Positions 49,626-60,399 of a stretch of DNA of 64,000 nucleotides are shown piece after piece. Numbering within the stretch: position 1 is the stretch's first letter; each line of letters begins with the position of its first letter. The notes under the pieces are model-generated. The model was not told the DNA's origin and searched no databases. It saw nothing but the letters and a program-made list of their open reading frames with translations. A program made the translations under genes and the position numbers. Source of the stretch: Octopus vulgaris (lineage: Eukaryota); contig OX597820.1 in the NCBI GenBank assembly GCA_951406725.2, positions 106,454,001-106,518,000 of the forward strand, in the 5' to 3' direction.

Positions 49626-49886
49626 TCATCATCATCATCATTGTTTAACGTCCGTTTTCCATGCTAGCATGAGTTTGAAAAGCCAGGAGGCTGCACCAGG
49701 CTCCAGTCTTATCTGGCATTGTTTGTACAGCTGGATGCCCTTCCTAACGCCAACCACTCTGTGAGTGTAGTGGGTGCTTTTTATGTGCCACCGGCACAGG
49801 GGCCAGAGGAGGCTGGCAAACAGCCACGATCGGTTGGTGCTTTTAGGTGTCACCGACACAGATGCCAGTCAGGCGGCGCTGGCATC
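49626..49886 (-). mobile_element. RTE LINE 3' end
   Basis: (CAT)n tail on the plus strand and the shared 3' UTR. Confidence 0.85.
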
Positions 49887-49917
<31 letters not shown>

Positions 49918-49920
49918 ATT

Positions 49921-50345
49921 AAGGTGGCAAGCTGGCTGAATCATTTGCATGCTGGGCAAAATGCTTAGTGGTACTTCGCCCATTGCTATGTTCTGAGTTC
50001 AAATTACGCCGAGGTCGACTTTGCCTTTCATCCTTTTGGGGCTGGTAAATTAAGTACCAGTTGACCATTGGGGTTGATGTAATTGACTAGTCCCCCTCAC
50101 ACCAAAATTTCAGGCCTTGTGCCTATTGTAGAAAGGATTATTATTATTTAAGGCAGTGAACTGGCAGAATCATTCACATGATGGGCCAAATGCTTTACAG
50201 CCTTTCATCTGTTTTTATGTTCTGAGTTCAAATTCCATTGAGGTCAACTTGGCCTCAGTCAAGTGCTGGGGTCAATGTAATTAACTTGCCCTTTCCCCTA
50301 AAACGTCAGGTCTTGTGCTATAATAGGAAGGATTATTATTATTAT
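49921..50345 (+). mobile_element. Two tandem SINE family B copies
   Basis: Copies at about 49921 and 50150 with ATT-rich tails. Confidence 0.75.
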
Positions 50346-50874
50346 TAATGTCATCATTTAACATCCATTTTCTATGCTTGCATGGGTTGGACAGTTTAAC
50401 ATAAGCTGGCATGCCAAACTACTGTGCCAAGCTCTAGTCTGCTTTGGCATAGTTTCTACAGCTGAATGCCCTTCTTAATGCCAACCACTTTACAGTGTGT
50501 GCTGGGTACTTTTTATGTGGCATCAGCACTAGCAAGGTAACCAAATAACTTGCAAGACAAAGATCCTTCAACAGAGAGGGGGAGTGATGTTGAGGGAGAT
50601 GGCTTCATGACAACAGGACAGAAAGTGGTGTCTTGCTGTAGAGAAAATACATAGTTAGAAAGAGAGAGAGATAAATGTAAATGGCGTTGTAGAAGATTGG
50701 ACAGTGTGTGTGAGCAAGCAGGAAGTTTGTGAGAGTGCAAAGGAGAGATAGCAAGGAAAGGGGAAAGCAGTAAGTAGTGAAACATGGATATATAGGGGAG
50801 TGACAGAATGGCAGTAGGAGAACAGGAGAGAAAGATGAGAGTGGTATTGGGGTGCAGTGGAGAAGAGACAAGCA

Positions 50875-51588
50875 TCTCTCTATATATAAACGGCAGTTTG
50901 TCTGTCTGTGTGTCTGTCAGGTTGTACCCTCATCCTGACCACGGCTTTCAACCGATTCTGATGAAACTTGACACACACATAGCCCAATGTCATAATTCAA
51001 AACTAACGCAGCGAGAATTTTGAAAAGTTCCCCCAGTTCTGAAAAAAATTGATAAATTCAACATGGGGTCGAGAATCTAAGCTTTTTATATGCAACATCA
51101 AAATGTATAAAAATGTACAAAAACGGCAAAAAAGCGGGCAGCAATTTGAGTGACAACAACGAAAAAGTCAAAAGTGACCAAACTGAAGAAACGAATGGAA
51201 AAGGGTTTTTGGTGCACACGACAAAAGCGGTTTATAATAAACCAAGAGTTTGCAAGTAGCGTCAGAGGGCACGTCAAAAATTTAAGGTAAAACGTTTGGG
51301 GTGGTAGTTATAAAGAAAGTTTAAACAAAAAAAGTATTCGAATAACTTGCGGCTGCAGCAGCTATTAGCAGAAGTGTTGGGGGTAAAGTCTCGAATGTAA
51401 TTTCTTCCTGGTAGGAATTGGTTGGGTTGAATTATCGATAGCTGTTTGATAGTTATTTGGGAGTGAAGAGAAGACATTGCAACCTACACATGCGCCTTCG
51501 TTCCCTAGAGGGAAAGGACTAGATTGGGATTAGTCGTTGCCTACTAGGGGCTCTTACATACCCAGGCAACGCCGGGCTATGCTGCTAG
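50875..51588 (+). mobile_element. Non-autonomous Helitron
   Basis: A|TC 5' end with TATATATAAA and (GTCT)n, a subterminal hairpin CCCAGGCAACGCCGGG (51561-51576), a CTAG|T 3' end and no TSD. Confidence 0.85.
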
Positions 51589-51861
51589 TAGTGCATAAAA
51601 GGATGTTGTTTGATTCATTGGAGAAAGGTGAAGGTGAATTAATGTTACATATAGTAGAATATATAGTGCTTCTTGGACTCATAATGTCAGATATTTGAAT
51701 TTAATCTAATTTAATTATTTTTTCCTTAAAGATGTTTTACATATATTAAAAGTAAAATTAATTTTCAACAGTTTTTTTTTCTTGCTTTATTGTAGAATTC
51801 AGAATTGTTGAACATTTTTCTTCCTTTATAACTAATTTTGTTTTTGTTCTTTTTTTTCCAG

Positions 51862-51939
51862 ACTTGCCAAGTTAGCCTTGAAGGTCAACCCTTCTATGCT
51901 AAAACTGGCAAACCATACTGCAAAAAGCATGCAAGATAA
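51862..51939 (+). CDS. Zasp: Zasp-like terminal coding exon J, end of LIM-c
   Basis: Long poly-T ccag acceptor. Encodes TCQVSLEGQPFYAKTGKPYCKKHAR then TAA at 51937-51939, like the Zasp52 C-terminus. Missed by the ORF track. Confidence 0.96.
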   Translation, partial: TCQVSLEGQPFYAKTGKPYCKKHAR

Positions 51940-53700
51940 ACCAGAAAATGGTTTAAGTTGAAATAGAAATTTTAAAGAAATAAAAAGACAAAAAAAATGA
52001 AGCTGCCTTCCCCCCCACCCCTTTCACAGTATCTTGATTACATCTGAGAACCTAATTTAACTCTAACAATTTATACTTTTTAAAAGGTTTTTTTTAATCA
52101 GTGATTTTAAAAAAATAACTTTCCCTTAAACCCTTACTTTCAAGTGCTGTTCATGACCCTCTGTAAATCTTGTTTTCTTTGAAAACTCTCTTCCCTTTTA
52201 GTCATGGTACAAGACCTGTCTCTTGACCATATATAGATCTGCATTTTTCTAAAATATGATCTTCTGGCATGAAATCATCAATGCTTTACTGCTGCCTTGA
52301 TCTTAGAGAAGAAAAAAAAAGAAAAAAACTACAAAAAATTATAAACAAGTCAACTCCTCCTGTTTTGATATTTTTTTTCGTTGAGCGTAAGACAATATAC
52401 ATTGGTGAGTTACCATTTACAAACTGCTGCTACTTCTTTTTTTTTTCTTTTCTTTTAATAATAATAATTTCAGTTATATCAAATGCAAAACCAAATTATT
52501 ATTATTATGAATTATTAATTTCTGTTATTGTTATTTAAATTTGTATCTTTGCTTTATTCTGTAGGAATAAAATAGTATCTGCTGTAAAATTTTTATGGTG
52601 GAAACAATTTTTAAACAAAAATGGAAAAACTTATTGCCTCTACTTTAGCTGGTTTAGTAAGTTATGTGACAATTTATATTTTTAGAGAATGGAGAGAGAA
52701 AAAGAAAGAAACTTACTCTTGCTGAAGGTCATTGTGTTACTTTTTTCTTTTTAATTCATTGAAGATTCAAGGGATTTGTTTAACTTCAGTTTAATTTTAC
52801 TTTAATAATACAAATAGCCTCCATTTAAGGAAATATTTAATTATTTCTTTCTAATAATCTTATTTTGCGTTTTATGATTTTTTTTGTACATTTTTTTTTT
52901 ACATGTGTTTTACTGGAATTTTTGCAAAGCTAAATTCTTTTCTTTGTGGAAATGATTATCAAAACACTATTGATAAAACTATTCCCATAAGTGCCTATAA
53001 AATTATTTCTATAGCAACATTTTATCAAAATTTTATATAAAATATTTTTTAAATATCAATTTTACTGATAACCTCTATATTTTATATATATATTTATATA
53101 AATGCTGATTTGTATATATTTCAGTTTAACTGTGCCTCTAAACTTAGGACTTGTATGCTATGAAATAATATATCCTGCTAACATTGTAGCTATAGACCTG
53201 AAGAATTTGAATGATTAATTCAAATTTCATGAATGAAAAAAGATATCCACAGATAGCATTTTTTTTCTTTTGATTAAATTTACAACTTTTATTGGTATTG
53301 AATACACTGATACTTGTCCAATCACTTCAGTCAAACAACAATTAACCTGGTTTCTAGTACATGGATGGAGAACCTCTCAGAAATCTATAATTTTTTGTTC
53401 ATCCTTTTACCAGGTGGTGCTATTTAATTAGCTGTGCCTTAAGTCACTGCTGACTGAAACTTTGTATGAGGCTACAATCAGTTATATTAAAAATCTCATA
53501 TAAATTAGTGCACTTATAAAAGGCTGTCATTAATTTAGATCTTTAAACAACCGGTCCCATTTTGTCCTTTCAACTTAAATTTTTGTCTTGTCTGTTCGTT
53601 TTGTTTAACAACTTTTAAGTTTCCATTTGTTTTTTTAAAATCCATTTGAATAAAATTTAAAAGAAATACAAATCCATCAATAAAACTTTTATTTCTATCA
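51940..53700 (+). other. Probable Zasp 3' UTR with candidate polyA signals
   Basis: AU-rich stretch with no recognisable TE after the stop. AATAAA at 51979, 52566, 53649 and 53679. Confidence 0.55.
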
Positions 53701-54820
53701 CCAACAACGTTATTAGTTTAATATTGTTAAGTCATGATGAAAAGAACCACGTTACATATGGTAAAGTCCTGGAAAACCAGGTGTGCAACGTCTTTACAAT
53801 TCTAAAGAACCCTTGTGCCCAATCAGTCAACAACATCCATGGGCTATATTTAAGACCATTATTCAGTAGAAAGTATAAATACAACAACTGACTCCTCTCT
53901 CCTTCCATGAATGTAGATACTCCGAGTGTACTGTTTCCTTTTTTTTTTTACTCCTCTCAACAGCTTATTATTTTATCTTACTATTACGTTACCTTATTTT
54001 CTTTTATATTACAATGACTCAGCATTTAAAATGGTGCCTTCTGGCCATTATTCTGGGTTTTTCCCCAATAAACAAAAATAAAACATTTTGTCTTCATGTT
54101 ATTGATTTTTTTTTTTTTTGATTTCTTTTAATTTCATCTAAATTTCAACCTGACTATTTTAGGCTATTTATATTTTTTTATACTAACAGATATGTTTGTG
54201 CATTGGACAGCTGTTCCCTCCATCCCTTTGGGGATCAGGTAGCTATCTCTACAGCAAGTCCCTTTATCTTACCTCTCTAGCCTCTCAACACCTGGAATAA
54301 AGCCGCTGCTCTCACTACTACATCCCCATGCAGTCAAGGGGTCTTGTTTACAAGTTACTTGGCAATCTCACAAGTCCTGGTGCTACAAAAGAGCATCCTA
54401 ATGTCAAGTGGTTGGCATTAGGAAGGGCATACAGCTGTTAAAACCATTCCAGCATGGAAAATGGCTGTTAAATGATGATCACCTTGTCGTGGTTATTCTT
54501 TTTTACTCTAGTCACAAGGCCCAAAATTTTGGTGGGAGCCAGTCGATTAGATTGATGTCAGTACGCAACCGGTACTTAATTTATCGACCCCAAAGGGATA
54601 AAGGCAAAGTCAACCTCGGCGGAATTTGAACTCAGAATTTAAAAACAGATGAACAATTGCTAAGCATTTCACTTGGTGTGTCATGCTTATTGGATTACTA
54701 GGTCATGAGTTCATATTCATTTCAAGTGTTATATTGTTTTGGAATTGTTGAGGGAGAGATTGTTGTACATCATCCCTCACATGCATCTTATAATTTGAAC
54801 CCAATTTTAAAGTTCTTTAA

Positions 54821-55036
54821 CTCTTTTGATACCTACCTGCCTGAGATCACTCCTGGTTCTAGTTACAAGTTTCCTGTTCATACATTTGAACCAGGTGCTT
54901 CCTTCAAAATTTCTTCTTAATTTATGTACTAAACACCAGCTTAATAATGATTAAGTTATTTTACTAAATTCATTAATTTTCAAAATGTGGTGAAACAAAC
55001 ACACTGCATTTCAACAGAAATATGGTAACAAATGGG
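54821..55036. mobile_element. piggyBac-like MITE family 2
   Basis: TTAA-flanked left end; internal match to 28511-28730. Confidence 0.6.
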
Positions 55037-55520
55037 CTAAAAAGTAAATACTAGCAGATTTCCCAAACACTGTTTCAGTCTTTACTCAGCAAACACATTT
55101 AATTATTTTAACTTGACATCTCTTTGTATTTAGAATCATGAAACTGGAAAATGTTGTACATTTATTTTATTTACTTATTACAATATTACTGTTGGTTCAT
55201 TTACCATCCCATTTGTAATATTAACTTCATTTTCTGAGAGAACAACAATTCTTTTTTGTTTTTCTTCAAAAAATAAATTAACATCACAAAACTAGCTCCA
55301 GCTAAAAGGAGGCAGCTTAGGAAGAAAATTATTATTGTGTATTATTGCCAGAAATGTGATATATGCAAATTTTAAGCCACAGTCTTCAACAACACAACAG
55401 TGCTGACAGAAATGTTTGAAACATAGCAACTAATCATAAAAGAATATGTTGAAAGTTTATATTTCAGGATTAAATATTTTAACCTAATTTGACCTTAAAT
55501 AAATAACAAAGGAACACAAA

Positions 55521-55882
55521 GGTGTGGTTGTGTGATAAGAAGCTTGCTTCCCAACCACATGGTTCTGGGTTAGTTCCACTGCATGGCACCTTGGGCAAGT
55601 GTCTTCTACTATAGCCTCGGGCCAACCAAAGCCTTGTGAGTGGATTTGGTAGATGGAAACTGAAAGAAGCCTGTCAAATGTGTGTGTGTGTCTGTGTTTG
55701 TCTATCCACCTTCGCTTGACAACCAATCTTGGTGTGTTTACATCCTCATGACTTAGCAGTTCAGCAAAGGAGACCAATAGAATAAGTACCAGGCTTACAA
55801 AGAATAAGTCCAGGGGTTGATTTCTTTGACTAAAAAAGGTGCTCTAGTCAAAATGACTGAAACAAGTAAAAGAATAAAAGAA
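55521..55882 (+). mobile_element. tRNA-derived SINE family A
   Basis: Full-length match with a (GAATAAAA) tail. Confidence 0.85.
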
Positions 55883-56173
55883 TTTTATTAGCCACAGGGG
55901 GCTAAACATAGAGGTGACAGACGAAGGGATTAAGTCGATTACATTGACCCCAGTGCAGAATTTGAACTCAGAACGTAACAGCAGACAACATACCACTAAG
56001 CATTTCGCCCAGCATGCAAACATTTCTACCAGCTTGCCACCCTAAAGAATGTATATATTATTTGATAACAGTTTCATTTGGCTTCTTGCAATTTTAGTTT
56101 TGTAGGCTCATCACATCAACCTAGCTCATCAGGCTTAGGCAACCAAATGCATGGATATGTATAGTTATATATA

Positions 56174-57391
56174 TTGAGTCACGCCATAAGTAGTGCAGTT
56201 TTTTTTCAATTGCATAAACTAAAAGTCAGAGGGGGACAGGATAAACTACCTTCATCAACTTGCTATAAAAGCAGATAGTAATTTTATTTTGTACTTATTC
56301 TTAGTGCAAGTTTTGAAGAGTGCAGTTTGAGTTTAAGGTATTTTTTCAAAGCTGTAACGAAAGTGACAAAGGAGCATATTTGGCATATTTTTATGAGTTC
56401 AATAAAGGCAACAATGCAACAGAAAGTGCAGGAGATCGAACAGTAAGTGTAAGCCAGTGTCAATGGTGGTTCCAGAAATTACAGCCTAGAAGACTGTCAG
56501 CTCGACAAGGACATCCTGCAAACCCTGGTGGAACAAAATCCCATCATAACTTGAAGACCTACCATAGAAGCTTAGATTTGGTCATTCAACCATTCATCTA
56601 CACCTGCGTGCCATTGGAAAAATTTGCAAATCGGGTCAATGAGTTCCTCGAACTTTCCGGGTCTAATCATGTGTCGAAAGTGAATGTGTGCTCTTCTTTG
56701 CAACCACATCTCACAAATGAACCTTTTTTGGACTGAATAGTGACTTGTGACAAGAGATGGGTTGGTTCTCTAAAAATGTCAGGCACCAAAGACTGGGTAG
56801 GGAAAGGAGAAACACCAGCACCCCAAGCTAAAGAAGGTCTTCACCCATGTAAGGTGTTATCTGTTTGGTGGGATATGAAAGGTTTTGTCTACTTTGAACT
56901 TTTAAACCCAAACCAAATGATAGCAGAGATGTACTGCGAACAGCCTGAGTGGCTTAAGTCAACGCTAGAAGATAAACAACCATCTTTGGTTTCAAGATGA
57001 AAAGTGTTTTTCCATCAGGATAATACTCTGCCACATACAGCAAGGAGATGACATTCCAAAGGCTGGAGCAGTTTGAATGGGAAACTATGTCCCACCAACC
57101 ATATTCGCTGGACATTACCCCATCTGATTATCATTTATTCCACAATCTTCAAAATCATTTGGATGGAAAAAATATGAATTCTGTAGACGAGGCCAGAAGA
57201 GTTACTGAAGGAGTATTTTTCATCACAGACGGAATTTTGGAAGCGGGGCCTTGCAAGTCTTCAGATAGATGGAAGAGCATTGTAGAAAATGAAAGTGAGT
57301 ATATTTTAGATTAAGAAAGAACTTTGTTTATTTTAAATTTTAAAAAATAAAAGAAATTTTAAAAAAACACAGTATTTATGGGATGACCCAA
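56174..57391 (+). mobile_element. Decayed full-length mariner (DD34D-type) transposon
   Basis: TA-flanked imperfect TIRs TTGAGTCACGCCATAAGTA / TATTTATGGGATGACCCAA. Motifs VTCD.KRW, LSVWWD, FHQDN..PH and PYSLDITPSDYHLF, with stops and frameshifts. Confidence 0.92.
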
Positions 57392-57464
57392 TATATAAAA
57401 GTTGATGTTCATCTTGTCTTTTATATATTATATTATATTGTCTTTTATACATATATCTATCTAT

Positions 57465-57733
57465 CTATCTCTATATATATATAAAGATGAGAATGTGAGT
57501 CTGTCTATCTGTGTGAATCCCTAAAACTTGAGAACTAAACAACTGATTTCATTCAAATTTTAAACATGCCTTACTTAGTGTCCATGTAGTGTCGTGGGCC
57601 AAAACAATTTTCAACTAAGGCGATCCCAGAGCAATGTCTTATCACTTCCATTATTTCAGTATTACTTATCAAAAGTGAAACAATAACATCTCTCTATTGT
57701 AATGTCAGATATTTTCAGTTCCAGAGTTTCATT
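57465..57733 (+). mobile_element. Helitron-like 5' segment interrupted by the hAT insertion
   Basis: TCTATATATATAAA, a GTCTGTCT microsatellite and AACTGATTTCATTCAAATTTT, parallel to the 5' end of 50875-51588. Confidence 0.45.
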
Positions 57734-57741
57734 ATTAATAC

Positions 57742-59493
57742 TAGGGCTCGCAAAAAAACCGATAATTCCCAAAACCGAGTTCAAGTATAAGTAATTCTCA
57801 AAACCGGTTTTCGCGGGTATTACTTAAGAAGAGTAGTCCCAGTGCACGCACTCATGCATCCGCGCTAGCTAGTCATGACTAGTCGATCCTTACTTTGTGT
57901 TTTTGTGTTTTATTTACTTTGTTTTAAAAAAATTATTTATTTTGTGTTTTATTTACTTTGCTAGGTAGTCGTTGTAGGATCGACTAGTCACGACTAGCTA
58001 GCGCGGCTGCATGAGAACGCGAGTGCGTGCACCGGGATCACTCTTCTTAAATAGTACCTGAATTCTTTAGAGATTTCAAATCCATCTGTTACCATCTTGG
58101 GCTCTTCATTCATTTTCTTCATTGCGCTTGTGTATTCACGCATGAGTCCATTACCTTCATAAGTAGATGGGACAACAGTAACACTTGTTTTTAGGTTCTC
58201 TCCTATTTCATTTTCTTTGTATAATTCTGTTGTGTTCTCAGCATCATGTTCAGGAAATAATCTTCTATATGTTTGTTCAGCATACTTCCTTAAATGTTGT
58301 TTCGTTAAAAAATAGAAAAGGTCCAGAAATTGACTCACCTTTAAATTTCCTTGGGTTATGTAAATACCTCAAGAGAATCAAGGTTTCGACATTTCTTCTC
58401 TTATTATATCTATGCATAAGTCTTTCACGAAGGTTTAGAGCCAAAAGGTTGCTGACGATATTAAGTTTATTCAATAAAAATTCTATAGAATATTCCGCTT
58501 TCAGTAAACCTGTATCATCAGCACAAATAGCCTTCAAAATAATTTCTACTGAATGCAGAATTTCATATAGTAAATTGAGAGATTTCCATTCTTCGTCAGC
58601 GACGGCATCTGTGGAAAGTTCTGCTTGTAGAGCATTTGGAATGCAGCTTTCAATTTCAAAAATCTTTCAATCATATGGAATGTGCTATTCCACCGAGTTC
58701 TGCAATCCAGTATAAGTTTATATTCTCTGTTATCAAAGTTCGCTCGTACAAAATCTTGCAAAATTTCATTTTTTGTAGATTTACGGAAAAGTTTTCTTAC
58801 CTTATTTAAAACTTTGTTAAATTCAGGTTTTAACTTGGGGAAAACAAGTATTTTCGTGAGCCAGATCTGTTTGACAAAGTATGTCTTGTTGGCTTATGTC
58901 AGCTTCATCATCACTATCGTCTGTTATAGCGATCTCTTCACTTTTTAATCAAAAAATTTAGTGTTACTTCCTTGAAACGAATCTGGAACTGGTTATTACA
59001 TATGCTCAATGGGAAAGATCACCCGACTGAAGACTAACAGCATCCTCTTGACTTGCTATGAATAAACTCAGTTACCTGCAAATTCAAAGAATCAGCCAGG
59101 GGTTAGCAAAGGAGATGACAAGGTGCTGATCTAAGGTTCAAGGGGAGAGAAGGTGAGAATTGATATGTTGCAATGTGTTTCAATGAAACAGACAGCACTC
59201 TCAACTAAAGGCGACCGACAACAGTTCAGTTAGTTCAGTTTCAAAGGTATTTCTTGAAATGAAGAAATGGAGAAATGTTTTGCGAAAAAAAAAAAAAAGA
59301 AAGAAACACTTTGACCGGCACATTAAAAAAATAGTTATTTGTAACTAAACACTTTTAAACTTCGTATACTGGTAGAATGTGTTACATAAAACATCTTTTA
59401 TTGAAAAGATCCGAAACAGCAAGCCTTAAAATCAGTTTTGGCAAATCGGTTTTGGTTTTGCTGATCATAATATAAAACCGGTTTCGAGGCCTA
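57742..59493 (-). mobile_element. Internally deleted hAT (Ac-like) transposon
   Basis: Perfect 8-bp TSD ATTAATAC (57734-57741 and 59494-59501), TIRs TAGGGCTCG / CGAGGCCTA, subterminal AAACCG repeats and a minus-strand LDCRTRWNSTFHMIERFL hAT motif. Confidence 0.92.
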
Positions 59494-59700
59494 ATTAATA
59501 CTGAAACTATTATCTCACACATATACAGGCATACATACATATATATAATATATATAAATATTACGTATAAATATATGTATACATCTGCACATGTATATGT
59601 ATAGATGTGTGTGTGTGTGTATATATATATATAGATGTTTCACGTTTCTATCTATCTACATCTATCTAAACATCTATATATATATATATACACACATCTA

Positions 59701-59885
59701 TACGCACGCAGTTGTCGAGTGGTATCCGCGTGAGCGGAAAAGACCTCCACGACGGTGGAGTAACGATTTCAAGAGGACGATTGGGATCATGTGGATGAGA
59801 AAGGCGCGATCCAGAGAGGAGTGGACAGCGTGCTGTGACTAGCGGTATCAAATGGACGCCTGACGGACTGGTCGGTCAAAGTGAT
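59701..59885 (+). mobile_element. Short 3' end of a second RTE family
   Basis: THAVVEWYPRERKRPPRRWSNDFKRTIGIMWMRKARSREEW is an RTE C-terminal motif; inserted in (TA)n. Confidence 0.7.
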
Positions 59886-59990
59886 ATATATAGATGTATA
59901 TGTACACATATATATATATATATACATGCATACATATATTTATACATATATATATACATACATATATACACACACACATACATATATATA

Positions 59991-60345
59991 GGTGCAGGTG
60001 TGTCTGTATGGTAAGAAACTTGGTTCCAAAACACATGGTCCTAGGTTCAGTCCCACTGTATGGTAACTTGGCATGTGTCTTCTGCTATAGCTACAGACCA
60101 ACCAAAGCCTTGTCAGTGGATTTTGTATACAGAAACTGAAAGCAAACAATTGTGTATATATGTAAGTGTATGTGTGTGTCTGTGTTTCTCCCTCATCACT
60201 GCTTCACAACTGCTGTTATTTTATTTACATCCCCATAACTTACTGGTTTGACAAAAAGTGACTGATAGAATAAGTACCAGGCTTATCAAAATATAAAAAA
60301 GCACTGGTGACGATTCATTTGACAAAAAATACTTCTAGGCAGTGT
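59991..60345 (+). mobile_element. tRNA-derived SINE family A (diverged)
   Basis: Matches the other family A copies. Confidence 0.75.
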
Positions 60346-60399
60346 CTCATATTTCTCCTTGCCCACTCAATTGTATCCATCAATCTATCTTTCTGTATA

